The notes beneath the pieces are model-generated. The model was not told the origin of the DNA. It worked only from the letters and a program-made list of their open reading frames with translations, and ran no database searches. From positions 7,192,001 to 7,256,000 of the forward strand of contig OZ024761.1 in the NCBI GenBank assembly GCA_964016885.1: 64,000 bases of DNA, given 5' to 3'. Each line of letters begins with the position of its first letter. Within the stretch, counting starts at the first letter, position 1. Position numbers and translations under genes: made by a program. The stretch comes from Eledone cirrhosa (Eukaryota). Below are positions 27,901 through 41,100 of this stretch, piece by piece.

Positions 27901-28462
27901 TGATGTGTTTACAGACAACATTCCCACCACAGTCTTAGCTACTGAACACAGTATAGGCACGCTAAGAAGGAAGCCCCCTTAATCAAGCAATTAAAACCTA
28001 GGATCAATAATCAAATGGAAAGAAGTGCACCAAAATGACTAATTTAAAAGCCTGTATTCCAACATCCCAGCGGCTTTCTTTCTCTCATCCCCTTTCTTTC
28101 TCTCTTATCTCCTCTCTCTCTCTCTCTCTCTCTACAGAATGAAGAACAAAAAAAAACAAATAAGTTGTTGCCTCATTTTGGAGGACTGAATTGTGGGAGA
28201 GAGGGGGGGGGGGTTAATGTCCCCAGGGGTTCCATTATTGATTTTTATTGAAATCCAATTAACCAGTCCTGTTCCTGAATATTAGCTTAACATGTGTGAA
28301 AAGTTTCATCAGGATCGGATCAATGGTTTAGACGCCAACTGGTTACACACAGACAGACAGAAATTGCCATCTTTATAGTAGATATATATAAATCCATAGA
28401 CCAAATATTTATTATTTATACAGATTAAAGTTTAAGCAAAGAATTTCTGTGAAGCGTGTGTG

Positions 28463-28520
<58 letters not shown>

Positions 28521-28540
28521 ACATATTTCTGTAGAATCTC

Positions 28541-28587
<47 letters not shown>

Positions 28588-31500
28588 ATCTACTGATGAT
28601 ATTGTGGTACAATTGTTGTAAATAGTGGAGTATAAGATCTACTGATGATATTGTGGTACAATTGTTGTAAATAGTGGAATGGAGATGAAGTGGAGTATAG
28701 GATCTACTGATGATATTGTGGTACAATTGTTGTAAATAGTGGAATGGAGATGAGTGGGGTATAGGATCTACTGATGATATTGTGGTACATTTGTTGTAAA
28801 TAGTGGAGTATAAGATCTACTGATGATATTGTGGTACAATTGTTGTAAATAGTGGAATGGGGATGAAGTGGAGTATAGGATCTACTGATGATTTTTTAAC
28901 TAGATTGAATAGATTGAAGATGATAAAAACTATGCACATGTATGATTTCCCACCTTTTTTACTAGTTTAGAGCTGGATTTAGTTTTTAAAAAAGGGGGTG
29001 GGTAGTATAATAGACCTGGTTGTCAGTAATAAATTCAAGTATGTTTCCTTCAGAATGGCAAGGACCTCATGATTAGAATAAGGTACAACAGATACACTAA
29101 TTGAACAATAGTGAAACTCATGCAGGTGGGCCAGTTTATAGTGGATAGTTCTAACCTTGCTTGACTGTTTCTTTATACATGGCTTGTATAGCTCTCACAA
29201 GCCATTCATCAACACCTAGTTTTCTAAGAGCCCACCAGATAATGGAGCAGGGGACTCAGTCAAAAGCTTTCTCCAAGTTAAAAGCTAAGTAGAGGGGTTT
29301 ACTTTTAGCTAGGTACTTCTCCTGTAGTTGTCGTACAAGGAAAAGAGCGTCTGTGGTACTTTTACCTGACACAAACCCAAACTGCATCTCAACTAGATCA
29401 ATTCGATCTCTGCTTTGTTGTGCTATACCTCTTTCTGTGACCTTCATCACCTGGTCAACTAACTTAATGCCTCTATAGTTTCCCCTATCTAGAGCATCTC
29501 CTTTACCCTTGTAGCAGTTAATGATGATGCTGCTACGCCAGTCATTTGGTATGACTCCATTCTGTATTACTTGGTTAACTATACGGGTGACCATAGTATG
29601 TCCCACTATTCCAGATGCCTTCAACATCTCAGCAACTATCTCCGAAGGCCCAGCTGCCTTGCCTGTCTTCATATCTTTGATTGCCTTACTTATTATACTA
29701 CCATTAACTTGCACCTCTGGTCCCTCTATTGGGCAGACTATCATTTTCCCATTTATTCTCCTCATTTAGTAGTCTCGTAGTGATACTTCCAAGCTACCTT
29801 CTTATCAGTATCAGTGAGGGCAAGTATACCATCATCATTACGGACACACTTCTCCCCGACAATATCACGGTTTTCCTTGACACATTGTCTTGCAATCCTG
29901 AACACCTCACTTTTTTGGTCCTCACGTTGTAGAACATGCTTGAACTTTCTATCCTCTGCTTCCCTTCTTGCAAGGTACACTTGTCTCCTAGTTTCTCTCC
30001 TGGCCACTTGATAGTGTTCTCTACTTCCCCCATCCCTCCCATACTTTCCAAGCCTGCTTTTTGGCCTTAATTGTCTCCTCCACCTTACTGTTCCACCACC
30101 AAATTACTCTCCTCCAGCCACAGATTTCATCCGTCGCCTTCAGCAGGTTAACTTTCAAGAATTCCCACTGTTCCTCTATATTATACGTCTCTAATTGCTC
30201 TTCCTTACTGTCAAAAGCATCAAGTAATATGCTTTTAAATTTGTCACTGGCTGTGGGGTCCTTTAACTTCCATATTCTTCTTCTCAGGGTAGTCCTCCTC
30301 TGTCATTGCGTATGTCTAGTCCTGACTATGAGGTCACTAATTATTAGGCTATGTTGGGTGGTCCATTCTTCACGAGGGGGGGACTTAGTGTTTACAACAG
30401 ACACTCTGTCACGTCTTCTAGTAAGGATATAATCTATCTGACTGGCGTGTTCCCCTGATCTATAGGTGATCAAGTGATTGTCTCGTTTTTTGAAGTTTGT
30501 GTTACAGATAGGTTATTAGCATCACAGAATTCCAGGATTCCTCATTTCTAGTACCAACCCATAGCCTCCATGGACTCCGTCATATCCGTCACAATGTTGT
30601 CCAACATGACCATTGAGGTCGCCAGCAATAATTATGTAGTCACTGTCGGTTATTTGGGAGGTAGTGTGCATTAGCGACTCATAGAACCTGTCTTTTATAA
30701 CGTCAAGTGGGCCAGATTGGGGAGAATAAGCCGATATTATTGACACAGTAGTTCTATTTAGGACTAGCCTTATTTTAATTATTCTGTCATTCACTCTATT
30801 TACAGCAATTACCTACCCATTTTTCTGCTAACATAATTCCTACTCCACCCAGCCCATTGTTATTTCCCACCCAGAAAAGTTTATAGCATCGTTTTTTACC
30901 CACAATGAATCTAGCAGACCCACCCCTCCACCTAGTCTCTTGAACACAACAAACACCAACTTCCTTACGTTCAAGCATCTCTACAACCTCGTTCAAAGTG
31001 CCTACATTCATGGTACCAACTCTGAAGTTTTGGGTTTTGTTGGGTGGGTGGAAGGGATGGGTTGGAGGCGCAGGGAAGGGTGTGGGAGATGGAATTATGT
31101 TGGCCATCCGTGTCTGAAATAAAGAAGAGTCCTTGCATTCTCATCCGGCAGCAGGAGGTGAATTTATCTTTATCTTTGACATTGTCATTGAGTGTTCAGA
31201 CTCTCCAAATTCTGTAGTCCATTTAGCAAACTGAAAAGCAACCAGGTCTAAACTTAAGGAGTAATAGCTGAGGCGGTGGCTTTGCTATAGAGATTGGTAA
31301 GAGAAACATACTATAAACCGCTGATTGGACCAAATAGCAATGGTGGCATGTGGGGGTGGGTTGATATTAACTTTAGGAGAAAATTACTTTCTAGAAAGGG
31401 TCCAACAGATTTAAGCATATTATTAAAAACGTGTGAGATAGTAATAATAACACAGAAATATATATATATATATATATATTTTTCATAATGAAATATATAT

Positions 31501-34500
31501 GTATATCATGGAGGCACATGGCTTAGTGGTTAGAGCATTGGTCTTGCAATCGAAAGGTTGTGAGTTCAATTCTCAGACCGAGTGATGTGTTGTTTCCTTG
31601 AGCAAGACAGTTTGCCTATCATTCCACTGCAAAGTGGTCGTGGAGGCGCCACGGAAAAACCCACCCAGCACTCACTGTAAATGAGGTTGGTGTTAGGAAG
31701 GGCATCCAGCCGTAGAAATCAAGCCAGAATCAGTTCCCGTCCCACCCTTGCAAGCAGAGAAAAGCGGACGTAAAATGATGATCATGATCATGAAATGTAT
31801 ATATTTTTCATCATGGATTCATTTTGCTCATGTCATTTTTTTCTTAATAATTCGGGTATTTTCCTTATCCTTATTCTGGTCTATAGGATATAGAATAGGA
31901 ACTAGATTTCTTGCATTCTTTATCTTTGGTCGTTTTACTCTTTTATTCTTTAATATTTTGTTTAATCTTAATGATGTATTATATTTGAGTATGTATATTA
32001 TATTTATTCGAAACGTAGGCCTTCCCATGCATGACATCAACTTGAGGGAATTGCTTGAGGTTTTAATTTAAAGGTATACGGGAGAGGGTAGAGCAAGGCC
32101 TACTGCATAATGGGGCTGTTAGTCGCTGCAGGTAATAATGTATATTTAATGTCTATTCTTATACAGAAACTGCATAATTTGACGGCTGCAGCTTGAAAAA
32201 TTCTGTCTCCCCCGTACTCATATTTAGATCAGGTTAAGGGTTGGGATATATGGAGGGTATCTGAGGTAGGGATTTTGGTGGGATGTCTTAGTTCTAATAT
32301 AAATATTTAGTTCATGATTGACTCAGCTTTTACAACTTTGGAATCCAATGGTGTTATCCACTAGATGTTTTGTTTTCCAAGTGCATTGTTTACACATCCG
32401 GCATTTGATGAGTGCTTGCATTTGTTATATATATGTATACAGAGTGTATATATGTAGTTTATGTGTATGTATATTTATGGTAGTTATCAAAGGTGAAAAG
32501 ATTGGTAGGAACACGGGAACTGATTTTGGCTGGATTTCTACAGCTGGATGCCCTTCCTAACACCAACCTCATTTACAGTGAGTGCTGGGTGCTTTTTTGC
32601 CGTGGCACCTCCACGACCACTTTGCAGTGGAATGATATGGACCCCAGTCCCTATCATCTCATTTCTACAGCTGAGTAAACTGGAGCAATGTGAAATAAAG
32701 TGTCTTGCTCAAGGAAACAACACATCACCCGGTCTGAGAATTGAACTCACAACCTTTCGATTGCAAGGGTAATGCTCTAACCACTAAGCCATGTGCCTCC
32801 TGTTTATGTATATACATATATACCACAAAGAAAAATAACTCCACATATTTCTGGGTGAGAGATGAGTATATATATATATATGTGTAAATATATATATATA
32901 TACTCAATAATACATATATACATATATATGTAGCTAACTGAGAAATGACGACATTTTTGTTAACAGTGGCGATAACAATGATGATGATAATGATGGCGAT
33001 GACAAGTAAACTGACCACTTTTCGTTACTTACCGATGCCATGTTTTTCCATTAGAGCAATAAGGTCAGCTTCTGTGAGTAAAGAGGGGGGTGAGGTTTTA
33101 CCTGACAACATCTGCAAAATGAAAAGAAATTCAATCATCACCATCATCATCATCACCAATCAAAACAATAACACAGAAGACAGTATATCTCTCAATAAAA
33201 TCGAGAAATTATCTAAATATAAAAGATCTGGACATTGAGGAAAACAGAAACAAACCCCATAATAATTGTTTCTACTTTTGGCACAAGGCCAGCTATTACC
33301 CCAGTGCGCGGCTGGTACTTTATTTTATCGACCCCGTAAGGATGAAAGGCAAAGTTAACCTCGGCGGGATTTGAACTCAGAATGGCAAGGGCCGTAACTC
33401 TATGCGTCAAAGCATGGCGTCCGACCCTCTACCGATACTGCCAATCCACCTGATTTTTAATTTAGATACAAGGCCAGAACTTAATAATTGTTCATGGAAA
33501 CCAACACATATTCACAAAATCATAAATACAATTTTTTAATGGCTTTTTTTCAAGGCAATATATATTTTTTTCACGCTTTTTAATGCTGAATTATTATTAA
33601 TAATATACCGTATTTGCCGGCCTATATTTTATGTTATGTTTTCAGGTTTATAGGTATTTTATTGAACCACGTCCAATATTTGCGGTTTTTTTACTCTTCA
33701 CGGGCTCTCTAAGAACATAACCCCCGCAAATACCGCAAACAACTGTATATATATATGTGTGTGTGTGTGTGGGTATGTATATACAACTGTATATACATAT
33801 GTGTATGTGTATATATATATACAACTGTATGTACATATGTGTATGTGTGGGTATATATATACAACTGTATATATATATGTGTATGTGTATATATATATAT
33901 ACAACTGTATATGTGTGTGTGTGTGTGGGTATATATATACAACTGTATATACATATGTGTATGTGTATATATATAAACAACTGTATATATATATGTGTGT
34001 GTGGGTATATATATACAACTGTATATACATATGTGTATGTGTATATATATAAACAACTGTATATATATATATGTGTGTGTGTGTGGGTATATATATACAA
34101 CTGTATATACATATGTGTATGTGTATATATATATACAACTGTATGTACATATATGTGTGTGGGTGTGGGTATATATATACAACTGTATATACATATGTGT
34201 ATGTATATATATATATACAACTGTATATGTGTGTGTGTGTGGGTATATATATACAACTGTATATACATATGTGTATGTGTATATATATATACAACTGTAT
34301 ATGTGTGTGTGTGTGGGTATATATATACAACTGTATATACATATGTGTATGTGTATATATATATACAACTGTATGTACATATGTGTGTGGGTGTGGGTAT
34401 ATATATACAACTGTATATACATATGTGTATGTGTATATATATATACAACTGTATGTACATATGTGTGTCATCATCATCATCATCATTTTACGTCTGCTTT

Positions 34501-35148
34501 TCCCTGCTTTTGTGTGTATATATATATATATATATACAACTGTATATATGTGTGTGTGTGTGTGTGGGTATATATATACAACTATATGTGTGTGTGTATG
34601 TGTGTGGGTATATATATACAACTATATGTGTGTCTGTGTGTGGGGGCATATATATATACAACTATATTTTGCCTTTTACATATATATATATATACCCCCC
34701 CCCCCCCCCCCCCCCCACACACACACACATGTATATACAGTTGTCTGCTGGTACATATATACACACACATTTATATACAGTTGTCTGCTGGTACATATAT
34801 ACACACACACACATTTATATACAGTTGTTTGCTGGTACATATACACACACACACACATTTATATACAGTTGTATATATATATATATATATACACATATGT
34901 ATATACAGTTGTATATATATACCCACACACACACACATATAGTTGTATATATATATATACCCCTATATGTGTGTGTGTGTGGGTATATATATATACAACT
35001 GTATGTGTGTGTGTATATATATATATATACAACTATGTGTGTGTGTGTGTGTGGGTATATATATGCAACTATATGTGTGTGTGTGTGGGTATATATATAC
35101 AACTGTATATATGTGTGTGTGTGGGTATATATATACAACTGTATATAC

Positions 35149-35179
<31 letters not shown>

Positions 35180-38100
35180 CAACTGTATATAAATGTGTGT
35201 GTGTGTGTATATGTACCAGCAAACAACTGTATATAAATGTGTGTGTGTGTATATATGTACCAGCAGACAACTGTATATAAATGTGTGTGTATATATGTAC
35301 CAGCAGACAACTGTATATACATGTGTGTGTGTGTGGGGGGGGGGGGTATATATATATATGTAAAAGGCAAACAGAAATAACAAAAATAACAAAATAAACA
35401 GCACAGAACATGGAAGAAATATATTAACACTTGAAATAGCAGGAAGATATATATATATATATATATATATATTAATTTGCATTGTCGAGGCTCCCAAACG
35501 ACTTAAAGAAATATACCTTATTATCCCACAATGCTTCAAGCAAACTTCAATACTCTCTTATATATTAATTTATTAAAATAACAGATTAAAGTTTAAGCAA
35601 AGAATCGCTGCTTTCACCCTTAACGGGATCTTCTGAAACTAACAAAGTCAATCTGTGAACACAGAAGTGAATATTTCAAAAAACGTTGTATATATATATA
35701 TATACAGGATCTCCTACTTCCTCTCTATGGTTTTACGCCCCATAATTAAGATGTCCCCAGATGTATGTGATAGTACAGAGAACTTCCTCAGTAGAATCAA
35801 TGAATGCAACAACAACAACAACTTAACAAACTGCATAATAGGCAGTATGGACGTGGTGTCACTGTACCCATCCATTGTCATAGATTTTGCTGTGGAAAAA
35901 TGTGTGGAAATAATCAGGGAGAGCGAAGTGGAGTTCTGCGATGTCGACACAGATGAACTGGGCCTCCTACTTAGACTTACTTATGACACCAAGTACCTAG
36001 ATAAACATGACCTTAGCTGTTTCTGCCCCAGTAGATCCATAAGAGGTAGACCCCCTCCCATAACCTCAATGGCTAAAAAGACTCCCATGGGAAGATGGAA
36101 TGGATGGACCAAAGCCATACGGACACCCCAAAACAATGATCAGGTGAGAAAAAGGGTCACACATGCAGTAGGGGCTAGTCTTAAAACTACCCTAAAGGGC
36201 CATATGTTTAAATTTAACGAAAAGATCTACACCCAGAATGAGGGAGCAGCCATTGGCGTCAGCATAGCTGGTGATGTTACCAACCTATTTATGGTATGGT
36301 GGGAGAGGAGACTCAGAGAACTCCATAGCCCTCGTCATGTACTCTCGTTACGTAGACAATATTAATATAGTAATAAGAACACCCCCACAAGAGAGTACTA
36401 TAAACATGATTTAGAAGATAGCACAATGGAAAACGTCCAGCAGATAGCTAACTCCATACACCAGAGTATAACCGTAACTGTTGACTACCCTTCCAAACAC
36501 CCTAACAATAAACTACCAGTATTAGATATGGAACTCTGGTTAAACACTATAGACATGAGGGCCCAAATTCTCCACTCACACTATGCTAAACACGTGGCCT
36601 CCAAATACCTGATACTAAAAAACTCAGCAATGTCCAATAGTGCTAAGTTTAATATTCTGATCGCAGACTTCGTAAGACACATCCAACACTTCATCAACCG
36701 CATACCGTTCTCTGGCTACAACCAAAGAGACAGAATCAGAGTATACAAAGGAGCCACGGAGAAATATAAAACCCTCATAGAAATGGACATGAAAGGAATT
36801 TGCCCATTATACAGGAGCAAATCATGGAATAGATTAGATAGGACTAAACATAAGATAGAGAAAGCCACTTCATGGTACGACAACCAGAGATACCAGAGTG
36901 TCATGTTTGTGGATGCTACCCTTGGAGGGAAATTAGCTAACCAATGTAGAAAGGCCCTAAGAAAGACCCATCTAAAGATTAAAGTGGTAGAAAAGCCAGG
37001 AACTAGCATAAAATCCCTAATCAACAAAAAATATAAATAAATAAATATACACAAGTATAATAACAACAAGCACACATAAACACACACTAAGTGAACAAAG
37101 ATAGAATACAAACACACATAGACTCAAACACACACACCAAACAGAGACAGAGACAATAAAACAAATAATTAAATTAAATAAAAATGGCATAGACACTACA
37201 ATACAACAGGAGGAAACAATAGTACCACTGATGATGTCACAGATGTGTGACGAAAGAACTTTGATAGACTATATATATATATATATATATTTATATTTGT
37301 ATTTTTAACTGTTGGTCAATCAATGATAAACATTGATTGCCAAATAAATTAACTATGGAGATATAAAAGATACAGAAGCAAAAACCAAACCAAACAGTGA
37401 GTGTGTTCTGTTATTATTTCTGGCAATATTATAACAATATGACCCTCCCCAAATATAACAATCATCATCATCATCATCATCATCATTTTACGTCCGCTTT
37501 TCCCTGCTTGCAAGGGTGGTACGGGAACTCATTCTGGCTTGATTTCTACAGCTGGATGCCCTTCCTAACACCAACCTCATTTACAGTGAGTGCTGGGTGC
37601 TTTTTTGCTGTGGCGCCTACACGACCACTTTACAGTAGAATGATAGGGACCCCAGTCCCTATCACCTCATTTCTACAGCTGAGTAATCTGGAGCAATGTG
37701 AAATAAAGTGTCTTGCTCAAGGAAACAACACATCACCCGGTCTGAGACAACACATCACCCGGTATATATATATATATACATGATTGCATTTGATATATAT
37801 ATATACATGTTTGCATTTGTTGTTTGTATCCAGGGTAGTGGTGTTGATGTGATCAACTGCATCCTTTTAAAACAATGCTCCAGTATGGACACAGTCTGAG
37901 AGATAGTCAAGAGAATATCTTACCTCCAATGAAGACGGAACAAAAGTTTGACCAACATCGTAAATTGGAATTTCCTGCAGGAAAGAAGAAATTAAAGATT
38001 ATAATTTAACCCCTTTTTTGGTAGCAAGGCCCTCCCCCACCTGACCCTTACCATTTTGGTACACTAGTAGTAGTAGGTAGTAGTGGTGGTGGAGATAGCA

Positions 38101-41100
38101 GTAGTAGCAACAGCAGGAGCCTTCTTGTCATGTCCCCAAGAGTGTCAGTTACAAAGCTTGGCTAGATGTGGTTCCACCACAGCTGAACACATTGCTGTCC
38201 TTTTGTCCCCTAGAGTGTCAGTTACCAAGCTTGGCTAGATGTGGTTCCACCACAGCTGAACACATTGCTGTCCTTTTGTCCCCAAGAGTGTCAGTTACAA
38301 AGCTTGGCTAGATGTGGTTCCACCACAGCTGAACACATTGCTGTCCTTTTGTCCCCTAGAGTGTCAGTTACAAAGCTTGGCTAGATGTGGTTCCACCACA
38401 GCTGAACACATTGCTGTCCTTTTGTCCCCTAGAGTGTCAGTTACAAAGCTTGGCTAGATGTGGTTCCACCACAGCTGAACACATTGCTGTCCTTTTGTCC
38501 CCTAGAGTGTCAGTTACAAAGCTTGGCTAGATGTGGTTCCACCACAGCTGAACACATTGCTGTCCTTTTGTCCCCTAGAGTGTCAGTTACAAAGCTTGGC
38601 TAGATGTGGTTCCACCACAGCTGAACACATTGCTGTCCTTTTGTCCCCTAGAGTGTCAGTTACAAAGCTTGGCTAGATGTGGTTCCACCACAGCTGAACA
38701 CATTGCTGTCCTTTTGTCCCCTAGAGTGTCAGTTACAAAGCTTGGCTAGATGTGGTTCCACCACAGCTGAACACATTGCTGTCCTTTTGTCCCCTAGAGT
38801 GTCAGTTACAAAGCTTGGCTAGATGTGGTTCCACCACAGCTGAACACATTGCTGTCCTTTTGTCCCCTAGAGTGTCAGTTACAAAGCTTGGCTAGATGTG
38901 GTTCCACCACAGCTGAACACATTGCTGTCCTTTTGTCCCCTAGAGTGTCAGTTACAAAGCTTGGCTAGATGTGGTTCCACCACAGCTGAACACATTGCTG
39001 TCCTTTTGTCCCCTAGAGTGTCAGTTACAAAGCTTGGCTAGATGTGGTTCCACCACAGCTGAACACATTGCTGTCCTTTTGTCCCCTAGAGTGTCAGTTA
39101 CAAAGCTTGGCTAGATGTGGTTCCACCACAGCTGAACACATTGCTGTCCTTTTGTCCCCTAGAGTGTCAGTTACAAAGCTTGGCTAGATGTGGTTCTGTC
39201 ACAGCTGAACACATTGCTGTCCTTTTGTCCCCTAGAGTGTCAGTTACCAAGCTTGGCTAGATGTGGTTCCACCACAGCTGAACACATTGCTGTCCTTTTG
39301 TCCCCAAGAGTGTCAGTTACAAAGCTTGGCCAGATGTGGTTCTGCCACAGCTGAACACATTGCTGTCCTTTTGTCCCCTAGAGTGTCAGTTACAAAGCTT
39401 GGCTAGATGTGGTTCCACCACAGCTGAACACATTGCTGTCCTTTTGTCCCCTAGAGTGTCAGTTACAAAGCTTGGCTAGATGTGGTTCCACCACAGCTGA
39501 ACACATTGCTGTCCTTTTGTCCCCTAGAGTGTCAGTTACAAAGCTTGGCTAGATGTGGTTCCACCACAGCTGAACACATTGCTGTCCTTTTGTCCCCTAG
39601 AGTGTCAGTTACAAAGCTTGGCTAGATGTGGTTCCACCACAGCTGAACACATTGCTGTCCTTTTGTCCCCTAGAGTGTCAGTTACAAAGCTTGGCTAGAT
39701 GTGGTTCCACCACAGCTGAACACATTGCTGTCCTTTTGTCCCCTAGAGTGTCAGTTACAAAGCTTGGCTAGATGTGGTTCCACCACAGCTGAACACATTG
39801 CTGTCCTTTTGTCCCCTAGAGTGTCAGTTACAAAGCTTGGCTAGATGTGGTTCTGTCACAGCTGAACACATTGCTGTCCTTTTGTCCCCTAGAGTGTCAG
39901 TTACCAAGCTTGGCTAGATGTGGTTCCACCACAGCTGAACACATTGCTGTCCTTTTGTCCCCAAGAGTGTCAGTTACAAAGCTTGGCCAGATGTGGTTCT
40001 GCCACAGCTGAACACATTGCTGTCCTTTTGTCCCCTAGAGTGTCAGTTACAAAGCTTGGCTAGATGTGGTTCCACCACAGCTGAACACATTGCTGTCCTT
40101 TTGTCCCCAAGAGTGTCAGTTACAAAGCTTGGCTAGATGTGGTTCCACCACAGCTGAACACATTGCTGTCCTTTTGTCCCCTAGAGTGTCAGTTACAAAG
40201 CTTGGCTAGATGTGGTTCCACCACAGCTGAACACATTGCTGTCCTTTTGTCCCCTAGAGTGTCAGTTACAAAGCTTGGCTAGATGTGGTTCCACCACAGC
40301 TGAACACATTGCTGTCCTTTTGTCCCCTAGAGTGTCAGTTACAAAGCTTGGCTAGATGTGGTTCCACCACAGCTGAACACATTGCTGTCCTTTTGTCCCC
40401 TAGAGTGTCAGTTACAAAGCTTGGCTAGATGTGGTTCCACCACAGCTGAACACATTGCTGTCCTTTTGTCCCCAAGAGTGTCAGTTACAAAGCTTGGCTA
40501 GATGTGGTTCCACCACAGCTGAACACATTGCTGTCCTTTTGTCCCCAAGAGTGTCAGTTACCAAGCTTGGCTAGATGTGGTTCCACCACAGCTGAACACA
40601 TTGCTGTCCTTTTGTCCCCTAGAGTGTCAGTTACCAAGCTTGGCTAGATGTGGTTCCACCACAGCTGAACACATTGCTGTCCTTTTGTCCCCTAGAGTGT
40701 CAGTTACCAAGCTTGGCTAGATGTGGTTCCACCACAGCTGAACACATTGCTGTCCTTTTGTCCCCTAGAGTGTCAGTTACAAAGCTTGGCTAGATGTGGT
40801 TCCACCATAGCTGAACACATTGTTGTCCTTTCTCATTAAACTCTGCCAAGTCCAATACTGTGTTGGGGTGTTCCAGCAGGGGGCATATCAGGAGGTGGTG
40901 CGTAGTCTGTGGTTCAATGCCACAGTCACACAACATCCCCATCCTTTAAATATCTCCATTTTGCAAGAGTGACTTTTGCACAACCAACACCAGATCTTAG
41001 TCTGTTTAGGCATTTCCACACTGCATAGTTTGTATCTGCTCCAGGGGGCGGGGTGCCTCGTTCACCTTTAGCTCCATTGTTGTTACATATGGAAGGTTGT

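Noticed and set aside
28585-28892. Repeated CTGATGA with a small stem as hammerhead or C/D snoRNA
   Set aside because: No GAAA core or stem III after the stem, and no consistent box C/D arrangement
31790-32500. AT-rich unique stretch with short Lys/Ile-rich ORFs
   Set aside because: No recognisable motif; possibly an old TE fragment, cannot be supported without a search
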